From: a bacterium
Lineage (GTDB): Bacteria; Hinthialibacterota; Hinthialibacteria; Hinthialibacterales; Hinthialibacteraceae
DNA: 64,000 nt
Direction: 5' to 3'
NCBI GenBank assembly: GCA_016125385.1
Contig: WGLV01000021.1
Location: forward strand, 31,429 to 95,428
The notes under the pieces are model-generated. The model saw nothing but the letters and a program-made list of their open reading frames with translations, had not been told where the DNA came from and did no database searches. Shown here piece by piece: positions 19,904 through 29,352 of this stretch. Numbering within the stretch: the first letter of the stretch is position 1; each line of letters begins with the position of its first letter. The translations under genes and the position numbers were made by a program.

Positions 19904-22273
19904 TCAGGCCCAGCCCAGCGCGGCGCCGATCTGGTAGGCGGCCAATGCGCCGATGTACGCCAGCGTGGTCATGTATACAAAAGTGACCACCGGCCAGGTC
20001 CATGAGTTGGTTTCACGCTTGATGACCGCGAGCGTAGAGACGCACTGGCTGCATAGCGCGAAGAACACCATGATCGAAATCGCCACCGCCAGGTTAAAGA
20101 GCGGCTTTCCGTCTTCAGAGCGGGCGTTGTGCAACGTAGCAACCAGGCTGTCCGACTCTTCATCCGCTTCGGACCCGAGGTTGAAGATCGTGCCCAGCGT
20201 CGAGATGATAACCTCGCGCGCGGGAAACGACGCCAGCGTCGCCATGCCGATGCGCCAGTCCCAGCCCAGCGGTTTGACGGCGGGCTCGATCAAATGGCCC
20301 AGCCGCCCGAGAAAACTGTTTCGAACCGATTCTCCATTTTCGCGCCAGTCGTATTCCTGAAGACTTTCGTCCAGCGTCCGGCGCAGCGAGACGATGGGCC
20401 GAACGGCGTCACTGACGGATTCGGCTTCATCTTCGGGAACCGCGAGGCGAGAGTCGGTCTCAACGGAATCCACCAATACTTTCGGCCCCATTCCGGCGTT
20501 GTATTTCACCGGATCAAACCGAATCAGCAAGGGCTGGGCCTGAGCGGCGAAGGCGGCCTGCGCCTCGGCGCGCAAGGCGTCGTACTTGAGCTCGATTTCG
20601 GTTGAATGGGGAAAATAGGCCAGAGCCCAAACCACCATCGTCGAAGCGAAGATGATCGTGCCGGCCCGCGCCAGAAAAGCGGTCACGCGTTCATACACGT
20701 ACAAGCCCACGTTGCGGACGGATGGCCATTTATAACTGGGCATCTCAAGCACGAACGCCGACGCTTCACCGCGAAAGACCAGTTTTTTCGCGATCCACGC
20801 GACGGGCACCGCCACCAGAATCCCCACCATGTACATGCCCAACAGCGCGAGCCCCTGCAGGTTGCCCCATGAGCCGAACAACGCCCGGTTGGGTACAAAG
20901 GCCGCGATGAAGAGCAGGTAAACCGGCAGGCGCGCCGAGCAACTCATCAGCGGGGCGACCAGAATGGTGACCAGCCGGTCGCGGCGGTCTTCAATGGTTC
21001 GGGTGGCCATCACGCCCGGCACGGCGCAGGCGAACGACGAAATCATCGGGATAAACGACTTGCCAGACAGGCCCAGCGCACGCAGCAGACGGTCCATCAG
21101 GTACGCGGCGCGCGGCAGGTAACCGCAGTCTTCCAGTATGGCGAGAAAGAAAAAGAGAATCGCGATCTGAGGGACGAAGATCACCACCGAACCCACGCCC
21201 GCGAAAACGCCGTCAACCACCAGGCTGTGTAACGCGCCTTCGGGTATCAGGCCTCCCACGAAGCTGGAGGCGGCGCCGACGACCGCGTCGATGGCGTCCA
21301 TAAACGGGCCCGCCCATGAATAAATCGACTGGAAAACCAGCGCCATGATGACGATGAAAATAAGCGTGCCCCAACCCCGGTGAGTCAACACCTCGTCAAT
21401 GCGGTCCGAGGTGGTTTTCACTTCGGCGGCGGGGCGGGTGAGGCATGGAGCGAGGACGCGCGACGCCCATTCATACCGGGTTTTGGTTTCGATCGCGGTC
21501 AGGGGCAGCCCGCCGCCGATGCCGTCACGCGCCTGGTTGAGCTCATCGGCGAAGGCGGCGCCATACCGGTCGATGAGACGCTTTTCGGTATAGGCGTCTC
21601 GGTCGATCAGAGCGCGTTCGAGTTCGAGATCATACAATCCCGCGCCCTTGCCGCGGGCTTCGATCCACCCGCGCAGCGATTTCACGGCCTGTTGAAACGA
21701 CTCAGGCATGACGGGCTTATTAAAGCAAGGCGCTTCGTCGCGCGCGAGCACTTCAGCGACGGCCTGCCGAACTTCATTCACGCCCTGACGTCGGCTGGCG
21801 CAGATCGGCACGACCGGCGCGCCAATGGCGTTCGACATCGCTTCGATGCATACCGAAAGACCGCGCGCCTCGGCGACGTCGATCATGTTGAGCGCGACGA
21901 CCACCGGGCGGCCCAGTTCGAGAATCTGCGAGAGAAAATACAGGTTGCGGTTGAGGTTGCTGGCGTCGATGATCGCCAGAATCAGATCGACGGGTTTTTC
22001 ACCCGCCTGCTTGCCGAGAAGAACATCGGTCACCACCACTTCATCCAGCGAACGCGCCGCCAGGCTGTAGCTGCCGGGCAGGTCGATCAGTTCGACGTTG
22101 CAGCCTTCAACCTGAAAACGGCCGGTTTTTCGCTCGACGGTGACGCCGGGATAATTGCCGACTTTTTGATTGAGGCCGGTCAACACGTTGAAGAGCGTGG
22201 TTTTGCCGGTGTTGGGGTTGCCGACCAGGGCGACGCGGACTTCTTTTGGCGGGGCCGGGGCTGTTATCGTCAT
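19904..22273 (-). CDS. feoB: Ferrous iron transport protein B
   Basis: GNPNTGKTT, NYPGVTVE, DLPGSY, NMID, gate domains with MSCSARLP. Confidence 0.96.
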   Translation of the reverse strand: MTITAPAPPKEVRVALVGNPNTGKTTLFNVLTGLNQKVGNYPGVTVERKTGRFQVEGCNVELIDLPGSYSLAARSLDEVVVTDVLLGKQAGEKPVDLILAIIDASNLNRNLYFLSQILELGRPVVVALNMIDVAEARGLSVCIEAMSNAIGAPVVPICASRRQGVNEVRQAVAEVLARDEAPCFNKPVMPESFQQAVKSLRGWIEARGKGAGLYDLELERALIDRDAYTEKRLIDRYGAAFADELNQARDGIGGGLPLTAIETKTRYEWASRVLAPCLTRPAAEVKTTSDRIDEVLTHRGWGTLIFIVIMALVFQSIYSWAGPFMDAIDAVVGAASSFVGGLIPEGALHSLVVDGVFAGVGSVVIFVPQIAILFFFLAILEDCGYLPRAAYLMDRLLRALGLSGKSFIPMISSFACAVPGVMATRTIEDRRDRLVTILVAPLMSCSARLPVYLLFIAAFVPNRALFGSWGNLQGLALLGMYMVGILVAVPVAWIAKKLVFRGEASAFVLEMPSYKWPSVRNVGLYVYERVTAFLARAGTIIFASTMVVWALAYFPHSTEIELKYDALRAEAQAAFAAQAQPLLIRFDPVKYNAGMGPKVLVDSVETDSRLAVPEDEAESVSDAVRPIVSLRRTLDESLQEYDWRENGESVRNSFLGRLGHLIEPAVKPLGWDWRIGMATLASFPAREVIISTLGTIFNLGSEADEESDSLVATLHNARSEDGKPLFNLAVAISIMVFFALCSQCVSTLAVIKRETNSWTWPVVTFVYMTTLAYIGALAAYQIGAALGWA

Positions 22274-22345
22274 GGTTGCTTAACTTGTCTCCTGCCAATG
22301 GGGCGTTTCGCCGAAACGGCGTGATTTCGCCTGAAAACGGCGATG

Positions 22346-22381
22346 AAAAAAGGGGGATGGCGAATGACTCCTCCCCCTTTT
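22346..22381 (-). terminator. Intrinsic terminator-like hairpin between feoA and feoB
   Basis: Minus strand AAAAGGGGGA-14 nt-TCCCCC-TTTTTT. Confidence 0.55.
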
Positions 22382-22487
22382 GTTTTCAATATGAAAAATG
22401 CACGAACCACGGCGCCGCATAAACGCTTGCGCGTTTTCCCCAAATCACCCCCGTGCGGCTAATGCGAACGTTATTACGCGGCGGCGA

Positions 22488-22787
22488 TCAGACGCGGCGC
22501 GCGGCTCCTGCGTAAGCCGAATCGCCGGCGTACACGCTCTCCAAACCGCCGAGCAACGTCGGATCGATGGGCGACACGCGGATTCCGTCGAGCTGATCGG
22601 GCCGCACGCAAAGCCGGGTATCGCCCACCTGGAGAATCAGCGGGGCGCCCGCGCGCACGATGCGAACCTGTTCGCCGGGGAGCAGGCCCATTTCAAGCAA
22701 TCGGGCGATGATCTGAGACTGGCCATCCATGCGGGTTATGACGCCTGTCGCGCCCTCGGTGCAGTCACAAAGTCGATGTTCCGTCAT
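22488..22787 (-). CDS. feoA: Ferrous iron transport protein A
   Basis: RLLEMGLLPGEQVRIVRAGAP SH3-like FeoA motif; start reset to MTEHRL (AAAGGA RBS). Confidence 0.85.
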   Translation of the reverse strand: MTEHRLCDCTEGATGVITRMDGQSQIIARLLEMGLLPGEQVRIVRAGAPLILQVGDTRLCVRPDQLDGIRVSPIDPTLLGGLESVYAGDSAYAGAARRV

Positions 22788-22824
22788 GATCTGATGTCCT
22801 TTCAACGATGCGAAAAAATACGGC

Positions 22825-23493
22825 TTAGACGGCCGAACGTTTGCGTTTTCGGGTTTCATGCGGGGCGGGCGCGTCGATCGGAGTCAGCGAGAGACACTCG
22901 CCCACCGGTTCACAGAGCGGGCACCGGCCCGACTGGGTACAGATGGTTTCATCGCCGTTCATTTCGGCGATCAGCGCCTTGGTCAGTTTATCTTTTGACA
23001 GAAGCGCCTGAAGAAAGCGCAACAGCCCTTCCGACGACTCGGGGCTGAGCAGGTGCTCCATTTTGCAGGCGTCTTCCCGCGCGGTTTCGGCGGGCACGCC
23101 CAGAACGTCTTCGAAAAAGCGATGGAGCAGGACGAAATTATGTTCGATGGAGCGCGCGAGACGCTCGCCTTCTTCGGTCAACAATAAAAAGCGGTTGGGG
23201 TCTTCTTTGACAAGCCCCCGCTCTTTGAGCTGAGACAGAGCCAGTGAAGCCGCGCCGCGCGAAATGTTCAGATGACCGGCGACGTCGGTGACGCGGGCGT
23301 ATCCGTTGCTGGTGCGCAGGCTGTCGATCGCCATCAGATAATGAGCGACGGAATGGCTGACCTCATTATCGTCAAACGCTCGCCAGTGGGATGAGTCATT
23401 GGCTACCAGAACCACGATCGCCGGGCCTCCGAAAGAGGGTGCTTGAAGCGCGTGAGGATCGCTTTCTAAACGATGCTCCACGCTCACGTCCAT
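22825..23493 (-). CDS. DtxR/MntR family metal-dependent repressor with Cys-rich tail (start may be GTG at 23415)
   Basis: HYLMAI, ARVTDVA HTH, LTEEG, REDACKMEHLLS metal site. Confidence 0.88.
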   Translation of the reverse strand: MDVSVEHRLESDPHALQAPSFGGPAIVVLVANDSSHWRAFDDNEVSHSVAHYLMAIDSLRTSNGYARVTDVAGHLNISRGAASLALSQLKERGLVKEDPNRFLLLTEEGERLARSIEHNFVLLHRFFEDVLGVPAETAREDACKMEHLLSPESSEGLLRFLQALLSKDKLTKALIAEMNGDETICTQSGRCPLCEPVGECLSLTPIDAPAPHETRKRKRSAV

Positions 23494-23494
23494 T

Positions 23495-23512
23495 TGTTAA
23501 CTAAGCATAACA
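23495..23512. promoter_or_regulatory. Candidate DtxR-family operator
   Basis: TGTTA-N8-TAACA inverted repeat immediately upstream of the repressor-feoA unit. Confidence 0.5.
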
Positions 23513-23582
23513 TCTGTTCGCTGATTCCGGAAGCGGCTTTGCCGATTTTTTTTCGATTAATTTCATTTTTCGGAAGGGCGAG

Positions 23583-24215
23583 CTAATTCGCCAGGGCGCC
23601 GAGGCGTCGCAGGTCTTCGCGCAGGCGCTCGGGCGACTCAAAGCGGATGGCCTGCAGGCCCGCCGCGAGCGCGCCGTCGACGTTGTGTTGCATATCGTCG
23701 ATAAAGAGCGTCTCCGCCGCGCTTAACCCGTATTTCGTCAGGATGTTATCATAAATCTCGCGCTCGGGTTTCACGCATCGCACCTGATATGAAACCACCG
23801 CGCCATCGAACAGCGGCCAGAAGCCCCACCGGGGAATCAGACGCTGAAACGGCTCTTCCATGAAATTCGAAAGTATATATAACGGAGCGCCATTCGATTT
23901 GAGTTCACGGACGATATCCAGCGTGGCGGGGATCGGCTCAAACATGTCCCACCAGCGTTCAAACAGCCGATCGATCGCCGCGCCATGTTCAGGATAAAGC
24001 CGGTGGTAGAGCGAGATTCCATCGCTAAGCGGCAGGACGCCGCGATCCATCTCAATCCACTCCGGTCCGCCGAAGATCCGCTTCAGGACAAAATCACGAT
24101 CGGCGGGGTCGTCGAATAACCGCGCCGCGAAGCCCCCCGGATCGAAAGTCACCATAACGCCGCCGATATCAAAGATTACGTTGCGAATCGGGTGAGAGTT
24201 GCTACAATGACTCAA
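23583..24215 (-). CDS. HAD family phosphatase (YihX-like)
   Basis: FDIGGV, LSN, KPEREIY, FIDD. Confidence 0.88.
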   Translation of the reverse strand: MSHCSNSHPIRNVIFDIGGVMVTFDPGGFAARLFDDPADRDFVLKRIFGGPEWIEMDRGVLPLSDGISLYHRLYPEHGAAIDRLFERWWDMFEPIPATLDIVRELKSNGAPLYILSNFMEEPFQRLIPRWGFWPLFDGAVVSYQVRCVKPEREIYDNILTKYGLSAAETLFIDDMQHNVDGALAAGLQAIRFESPERLREDLRRLGALAN

Positions 24216-24297
24216 TCTGGAAGCCCTCCAGTCCGGGAGACGTTTCGGCCACGGGCGGCCGTTCCGGCCTATTGTATATGGAAAGAGGAATTATGCG

Positions 24298-24681
24298 ATG
24301 AGCAGCAGCAGCAAGCGTTTTTTACGGGATAACACATTGGCCGAAATGCTGGATGAGATAAGGAATATCTCCTCCAAAGTCTCCGACAGCGAATTCCCCA
24401 CCATGATGTTCACCAAGTCGCTGTCTTCGATTTCAGAATTGTATGAGGTCAACATTCACGTGCTGCGGCGGCTTGAGAGCGCGATCGAACAGATTCGTGA
24501 TATTCCCGACACCAAAGACGTTCTCGAAGACATCGTCGACGCGGCGGCGCACGTGCAGATCGGCCTGGTGAGCGTTCATACCTCACTGAAAGCCGACATC
24601 GTGACCCTGATGGATTCGTTGCAGAATCTGAAAAACACCTTCACGGACGATGAAGAAGAACCGTCCGCGGCGAATAATTGA
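24298..24681 (+). CDS. Hypothetical all-helical acidic protein
   Basis: 127-aa ORF with AGAGG RBS and host-like codon use; no recognised motif. Confidence 0.6.
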   Translation: MSSSSKRFLRDNTLAEMLDEIRNISSKVSDSEFPTMMFTKSLSSISELYEVNIHVLRRLESAIEQIRDIPDTKDVLEDIVDAAAHVQIGLVSVHTSLKADIVTLMDSLQNLKNTFTDDEEEPSAANN

Positions 24682-24714
24682 AAAGAGCGCAGGCAGGCAA
24701 CGGCGAACGGCGGG

Positions 24715-25695
24715 TTATCGGACTTTGTATCCCGTCACCGATTTTTTGGCGCGATTATCCCAGATAAAATAATTGCGGTTTTGAAGCATCACTCGCTCAA
24801 GCACTTTGATCGGGTATGAACGCCCCAGACTCACCGGGTCGACGTTACCCGCCACCTCCCACTTACTCGAACCTTTCTTCATTGCCAGAGTCACCATATC
24901 GAGCGGAAGCGTCTCATACACGGCGGATCGCCCCATCTTGGTCGACACTTTTTTCACCTGATCGAGCGTCAGCGGCAGATCGTAGCTGTTATCGAGACCG
25001 GTTCCCTTGATCGGCCCCATAACGTAGACGGCGTTGCGATAGACGAAGTCTGAATCCTGGCTGCGTTTGGCCAGTTCTTTGATCGTAAAGTCGGCGTTTT
25101 TGGGGACCTGGCCCGCCAGCGCGGGGGCGCGGTGCACCAGTTTTTCAAGGTTGCGCGTCATGATGCGGATCTGATCGTCGGACGGCGTCCGGCGGGGATC
25201 GAACGTCCAGTCCTCCACCTGTACGGCGGCGGCCCGGGATCGGGGCGAGTAACTCCGGTCAAACAGCCCATAAATTCGCCGTCCCATCCACATCATCAGA
25301 TAAAACAGGGTGAGACAGAGCAAAAACCCCGCAATTCCCATGATAACAAAACCCAGCACCGGGTTTTGTTCGAGGAAGGGGTTGAGTTGAGTTTCGGCGA
25401 ACTCGCCCAGCCGGGTCATGGCGATCGCCCAGTACCTGGACCAGACTTCGATGGCGGCTTTGATCTGATTGTTGCTCCATCGGCCCAACTCACTCAACAG
25501 ACGGCCGCCGTCGTGCATCCGCAGGGCATAGTAAGGAGAGAACGAGTCAAACATCGACCGTCCCGTCATATAGTTTCGATACCCGGAATAAAAATACACG
25601 CCGCCGAAGACGCTCAAACCGATGATGGTTTTGAGGCCGATGAACTCTAAAAAGAGTTGAAAATCAGATTTTTGTGAACGGACCCGCTGTCTCAC
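24715..25695 (-). CDS. Hypothetical membrane protein (two TM segments plus soluble C-terminal domain)
   Basis: 326-aa ORF, GTG start after AAAGGA, two hydrophobic segments. Confidence 0.65.
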   Translation of the reverse strand: MRQRVRSQKSDFQLFLEFIGLKTIIGLSVFGGVYFYSGYRNYMTGRSMFDSFSPYYALRMHDGGRLLSELGRWSNNQIKAAIEVWSRYWAIAMTRLGEFAETQLNPFLEQNPVLGFVIMGIAGFLLCLTLFYLMMWMGRRIYGLFDRSYSPRSRAAAVQVEDWTFDPRRTPSDDQIRIMTRNLEKLVHRAPALAGQVPKNADFTIKELAKRSQDSDFVYRNAVYVMGPIKGTGLDNSYDLPLTLDQVKKVSTKMGRSAVYETLPLDMVTLAMKKGSSKWEVAGNVDPVSLGRSYPIKVLERVMLQNRNYFIWDNRAKKSVTGYKVR

Positions 25696-25974
25696 AAAAA
25701 CGTCCTTTCATCCAGCGGCTTGATCTGCAAGCCTTGTCAATCTCTTACTTTATTATAACGTTTCGTTTTCGCTATTGTTGAATATCCGATAATCCGGTCC
25801 TTTTCTCTTAGAGACTCATATTCCCATATAAAATCAATCTATTTTATTTTTGTCAAATGGCAAGTTCAGTCAAAATCATCGAAAGCCCGTTGGAACCGCG
25901 CTATTTAAGCCGGTCAGGCTGAGTTTTTTTCGAACCATGACCCCTAACCCTGCCATTATCGGCCCCAAAACGAA

Positions 25975-26658
25975 ATGCTTAAATTCGGCGTGGTGACGCC
26001 AGCCCGTAACGAAGAAGCGAACATCGGCGACTGCCTGGCCTCGCTGCGGGATTTCATCGACGCGGGCGACGCCGTGCTGGTAGTCGACGCCTGTTCAAGC
26101 GATCAGACCTCGGCGGCGGCGAGCATGCCGGGCGTTGAAACCATTCGTCTTGAGACGTCATCACGCGGGATCGCGGTAAAGTGCGGCGTTGAACGGCTGA
26201 TGCAAGTGAGGCCCCGCGTTGACGCGATTCTCATCGCTCACGCCGATATGCGCTTTCAACCCGGTTCTCGCGATCGGCTGGCGCACGGGTTAATGGAGCA
26301 TCCCGAATCACCAGGCGGATCGTTCGGCCATCGGATCGACGATTCACGGGCGATTTTTCGTTGGATCGAGCGCGGCAACTCGTGGAGGGCCTCGGCGTTG
26401 CGGTTGCCGTACGGCGATCAGGCGCAGTTTTTCCGGCGGGAGGCGCTGGAGCGAATCGGCGGGTTTCCTCCATGCGACCGGCTGGAGGACCTTGAACTGT
26501 CATTGCGATTAAGACGGCTGGGCCGGATGATCGATCTCAATCATCCCGTTACGATTCCAAGCCGTCACTGGCGTAACGGCGTATTGCGCACCACCTTACG
26601 CAACTGGGGAACGCTGATCGCATATTTTAGATCGGGTGGAAATGGAACGGCGGCGTAA
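25975..26658 (+). CDS. GT2 glycosyltransferase, TIGR04283-like
   Basis: PARNEE, VVDACS.D, HAD, LPYGDQAQF, GGFP..LEDL. Confidence 0.8.
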   Translation: MLKFGVVTPARNEEANIGDCLASLRDFIDAGDAVLVVDACSSDQTSAAASMPGVETIRLETSSRGIAVKCGVERLMQVRPRVDAILIAHADMRFQPGSRDRLAHGLMEHPESPGGSFGHRIDDSRAIFRWIERGNSWRASALRLPYGDQAQFFRREALERIGGFPPCDRLEDLELSLRLRRLGRMIDLNHPVTIPSRHWRNGVLRTTLRNWGTLIAYFRSGGNGTAA

Positions 26659-26670
26659 CGCCGGCGGCAA

Positions 26671-27048
26671 TCAGATCACCCAGTCCTGAACGTCTTCGGG
26701 CGGCAGCACGCGCTCGATGTAAATCATGACCGCCGCGTACATTTCATCGGGGGGATCGCCCTGGCGAACCTCGACAATGTTGCCCGCCTTGCGCATTCCG
26801 GACTCAGGGTTATGCAGTTCGACGCGCTTGCCCATGGGGTGACGTTCAACCCAGCCGTCGCGCTCCATCCGGCTGTTGAAGCGCTTGCAGCCAACCAGTA
26901 CGTTGTTAAACGTGATGATGGTGTGCTGGCGTTCGGCGGTTTCGAGGAACTCGTCCGGGGTCGCGTCGCGGCTGATTTCAGGCGCGTAGAGCTCTACCTC
27001 TTCGTCGATCAGGTTCCATCGTTCCATACCGGACATAACCGCCTCCAA
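26671..27048 (-). CDS. Hypothetical protein (likely start MSGMER at 27036)
   Basis: ORF with GGAGG before ATG at 27036; no recognised motif. Confidence 0.55.
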   Translation of the reverse strand: MEAVMSGMERWNLIDEEVELYAPEISRDATPDEFLETAERQHTIITFNNVLVGCKRFNSRMERDGWVERHPMGKRVELHNPESGMRKAGNIVEVRQGDPPDEMYAAVMIYIERVLPPEDVQDWVI

Positions 27049-27149
27049 TGAGTGAACAGCCTACTGAATTGCGACTGGATGAATGACGCGCTCGCGCGGA
27101 CCGCCACGCGGCGCCGCTGGCGGGATAGTGACTCGTTGGGAGAAAAATG

Positions 27150-28709
27150 TCAACTTGAGACGGCGGAGGAGGGTGTCGGGGCCGTGAGTCCATCAGGCGT
27201 TTCGCTTACCGCCCATTGGGCGATGGCGTCAACCAGCGCGGCGGTCGCGGGTTCGTCAGGCTGAACGCGCACCTCAAACCCCAGTTCGCGCAATTCATCC
27301 GACGCGGCGGGGCTGACGCTGGCGGCGGGAACCGTCTCCGCCAGTTCGCGTAACGCTTCCGGGCTGATTTCACGAACCAGTTTTTTCACCATCGACGCGC
27401 AGGAAAAAGCGATCAGATCGTATCGGCGCGGAGGCGCGACCATGTCATGCGACGGAGGGAGCGAATCATGTTCAAGCGAGAGCGTCTCAACCCTCGCGCC
27501 CGCGCCGCGCAGCGACTTGAGCAGCCGGTCCGGCGCGGCGCCCGCCGCCAGTACGCGCTTGCCCGCCAGATCGAACGCCTGACGTAACTGGCGCACCTGA
27601 ACCGGCAGACACAGGGTCTCGGTCATGAAGTCGGGCTTGAGGCCGAACGAAGCCATCGCTTTTTCAACCACCGATCCAGCCGCGATCAATGCCGCGCCCG
27701 ATAAAGAACGCGCGTCGCCGCCGTGTTTGAACAACTCGCGCACGAACGAAGCGACCGACGGCGGCGAAGCGAACAACACGGCGTCATACTCACGCGGGTC
27801 TTTCCATCCGCAAGCAGAAGCCGGCGCTGGCGCGCGGCCATCGTGCGATTCGAGGGGCAGCTCAACCACCCGGGCGCCGAGCTCTTTCAGGCCGCTCGAC
27901 AGGCGCGATTCTTCATACCGGGAGCGGGGCGTCGCGATCACCCGGCCGAATAACGGCCTGCGTTCAAACCAGTTTAACTGCTCGCGCAGGCGAACCACCT
28001 CGCCCACCACGATCAGCCCCGGCGGGCGCAATCCCGCGCGCTCGGCCTCATCGGCGATCGATCGCAGCGGCGCGGTCAACGTGCGCTGCTCGGGAACCGT
28101 ACCCCAGCGGATCGCCGCGACGGGCGTCTCGGACGAGCGGCCATGCCGAATGAGCGCATCGGCGATGGAACGGAGCGTGGTGACGCCCATGAATATGACC
28201 AGCGTGCCTTCAAGCCCGGCGACGGCGCGCCAGTCGATCGAGGTTTCATCCTTGCAGGCGTGCTCATGCCCGGTGATCACGTGGAACGACGCCGCCAGTT
28301 CACGATGGGTCAGCGGGATGCCGGCGTAAGCAGGCACGGCGGCGGCGGCGGATACGCCCGGCACGATCTCAAACTCTACGCCGTTATCACGCAGATAGAC
28401 GCACTCTTCAGCCCCGCGTCCAAAAACAAACGGATCGCCGCCCTTCAGACGCACCACGCGGCGTCCGGACCGGGCCTCGCGGACGAGCAGCTCATTGATC
28501 GCCTCCTGCGGCATGGTGTGTTTGCCCGCCATCTTGCCGACGTAGATGCGTTCAGCGGCGGGTGGAGCCAGCGCGACGATCTCTTCGGAAACGAGATTGT
28601 CATATACCACCACATCGGCCCCAAGCAGGGCGTCGCGCCCGCGCAGCGTCAGCAGCCCGGGATCGCCCGGACCGGCGCCGATAAGAATCACTTTTGCATG
28701 ATGGGGCAT
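27150..28709 (-). CDS. cobA: Uroporphyrinogen-III C-methyltransferase fused to a HemD-like domain
   Basis: GAGPGDPGLLT, RLKGGDPFVFGRGAEE, VPGVSA, then WFERRPLFG linker and a HemD-like C-terminal half. Confidence 0.9.
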   Translation of the reverse strand: MPHHAKVILIGAGPGDPGLLTLRGRDALLGADVVVYDNLVSEEIVALAPPAAERIYVGKMAGKHTMPQEAINELLVREARSGRRVVRLKGGDPFVFGRGAEECVYLRDNGVEFEIVPGVSAAAAVPAYAGIPLTHRELAASFHVITGHEHACKDETSIDWRAVAGLEGTLVIFMGVTTLRSIADALIRHGRSSETPVAAIRWGTVPEQRTLTAPLRSIADEAERAGLRPPGLIVVGEVVRLREQLNWFERRPLFGRVIATPRSRYEESRLSSGLKELGARVVELPLESHDGRAPAPASACGWKDPREYDAVLFASPPSVASFVRELFKHGGDARSLSGAALIAAGSVVEKAMASFGLKPDFMTETLCLPVQVRQLRQAFDLAGKRVLAAGAAPDRLLKSLRGAGARVETLSLEHDSLPPSHDMVAPPRRYDLIAFSCASMVKKLVREISPEALRELAETVPAASVSPAASDELRELGFEVRVQPDEPATAALVDAIAQWAVSETPDGLTAPTPSSAVSS

Positions 28710-28826
28710 GTGAAGCCGCCTCGTTTCCGTAATTGATACGATCTTCACCTGACATTATAGAACCGGTTTGCGGAAGCGAAGAGATTTCACCAGGCGCGGC
28801 GGCGGCAAGACGGGGAGATAAAACAA

Positions 28827-29345
28827 GCAGGGGGCGGGTTTCAAACCCGCCCCCTGCGATCTGACGACTCTCATTTACCTGTCGAATCCGTGTTCCCCGT
28901 GTTTCTCATTCGCCAAAATTCAAAGGCGGTTCTCAATCACTGACCCGTCAGTGACCAGCGGGAGCGTTATACGCATACAGCCCAAAGACTCGCCACGGCC
29001 GCTGGCCGCGGCCAACGCGAGCGGTTTTGATTCTCCCACCGAATATCGGGGGGATTTAGAGGGGGGGGGGGGTGAGCGCACGATTGAAAGAGCCGCGCAT
29101 CCCGACAACCCCCTCCTTCGCCTCCCCCATCTTGGGGGAGGAAAACGACGTTCGATCACGCCTCAGGGGGCGGGTTTGAAACCCGCCCCTACGGCCGACC
29201 GTTTCTGATTTATCAATCGGTTATGTGTTTCCAGCGTTCCTGGTAAACCAAAAATCCGAAACCGTTTCTGCATCAGATCGCCTTAGCAACCAACGGGCGC
29301 GCTATACGCGTACAGCCCAAATACCGGGCAGCCGACACTGTCGGC
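28827..29345 (-). repeat. Composite mosaic repeat, copy A (REP - core - poly-G/C module - REP - core)
   Basis: REP palindromes at 28827-28857 and 29164-29192; modules homologous to the reverse complement of 35436-36198. Confidence 0.8.
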
Positions 29346-29352
29346 AGACCGC

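Noticed and set aside
22274..22381. yybP-ykoY (Mn) riboswitch call
   Set aside because: Only loose similarity (AAAGGGGGAGGAG...GGAGAC); the conserved GGGGAGUAG and central loop motifs are absent, so it is kept only as an unassigned candidate
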